Origin: Octopus sinensis
Taxonomy: Eukaryota
Direction: 5' to 3'
Length of the DNA stretch: 64,000 nucleotides
NCBI RefSeq assembly: GCF_006345805.1
Contig: NC_043015.1
Coordinates: 17,298,001 to 17,362,000, forward strand
Shown: one piece after another, positions 63,860-64,000 of the stretch
Numbering within the stretch: the stretch's first letter is position 1
Layout of the letters: every line of letters begins with the position of its first letter
Translations under genes and position numbers: made by a program
The notes under the pieces: model-generated
Databases searched by the model: none
Seen by the model: the letters and a program-made list of their open reading frames with translations, nothing else
What the model was told of the DNA's origin: nothing

Positions 63860-64000
63860 ATGACCTTGCTCAGAGTAGGTAGTATAAATGCGCGTGGCCT
63901 GGGGTCCACTTGGGAATAAGGTCATTAACTCAACGACCGCGGGACATTAAGTGTCGATGTATTGGCCATCAGTGAAACCAGACGCTCCAACCGACAAGCT
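63860..64000 (+). mobile_element. Start of a decayed L1/Tx1-like LINE ORF2 (APE N-terminus), running off the window
   Basis: MTLLRVGSINARGLGS...SVDVLAISETR with two stops. Confidence 0.6.

Overview
Repeat-saturated, AT-rich animal DNA, most likely an octopus intergenic or intronic region (inferred from the tRNA-derived SINEs resembling octopus OK/OR families and the dense (TA)n/(CA)n microsatellites). No complete host gene is present; there is one candidate isolated minus-strand exon (8-117) and one intronless, disabled tandem-HAD-hydrolase pseudogene fragment (15446-16122). The rest is transposon material: a RepHel Helitron (about 970-5260), a near full-length RTE LINE (about 5311-8600), a CR1-like LINE (51850-55340), a second RTE fragment, R4/Dong and L1/Tx1 fragments, at least six Penelope-like elements (PLEs), an IR/DR Tc1, several mariners, Gypsy pol remnants, two non-autonomous Helitrons, MITEs and many SINEs. 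The most striking unexplained structure is a high density of minimal hammerhead-ribozyme (HHR) motifs, about 15 intact or degenerate. Several sit in short fold-back palindromes clustered at 32.5-34.2 kb, and three copies share a non-canonical CUGUNGAA core. The CR1-like LINE also shares its 3' tail and a compensated hairpin with the dominant SINE. All alignments and folds were done by eye; no database search was run.
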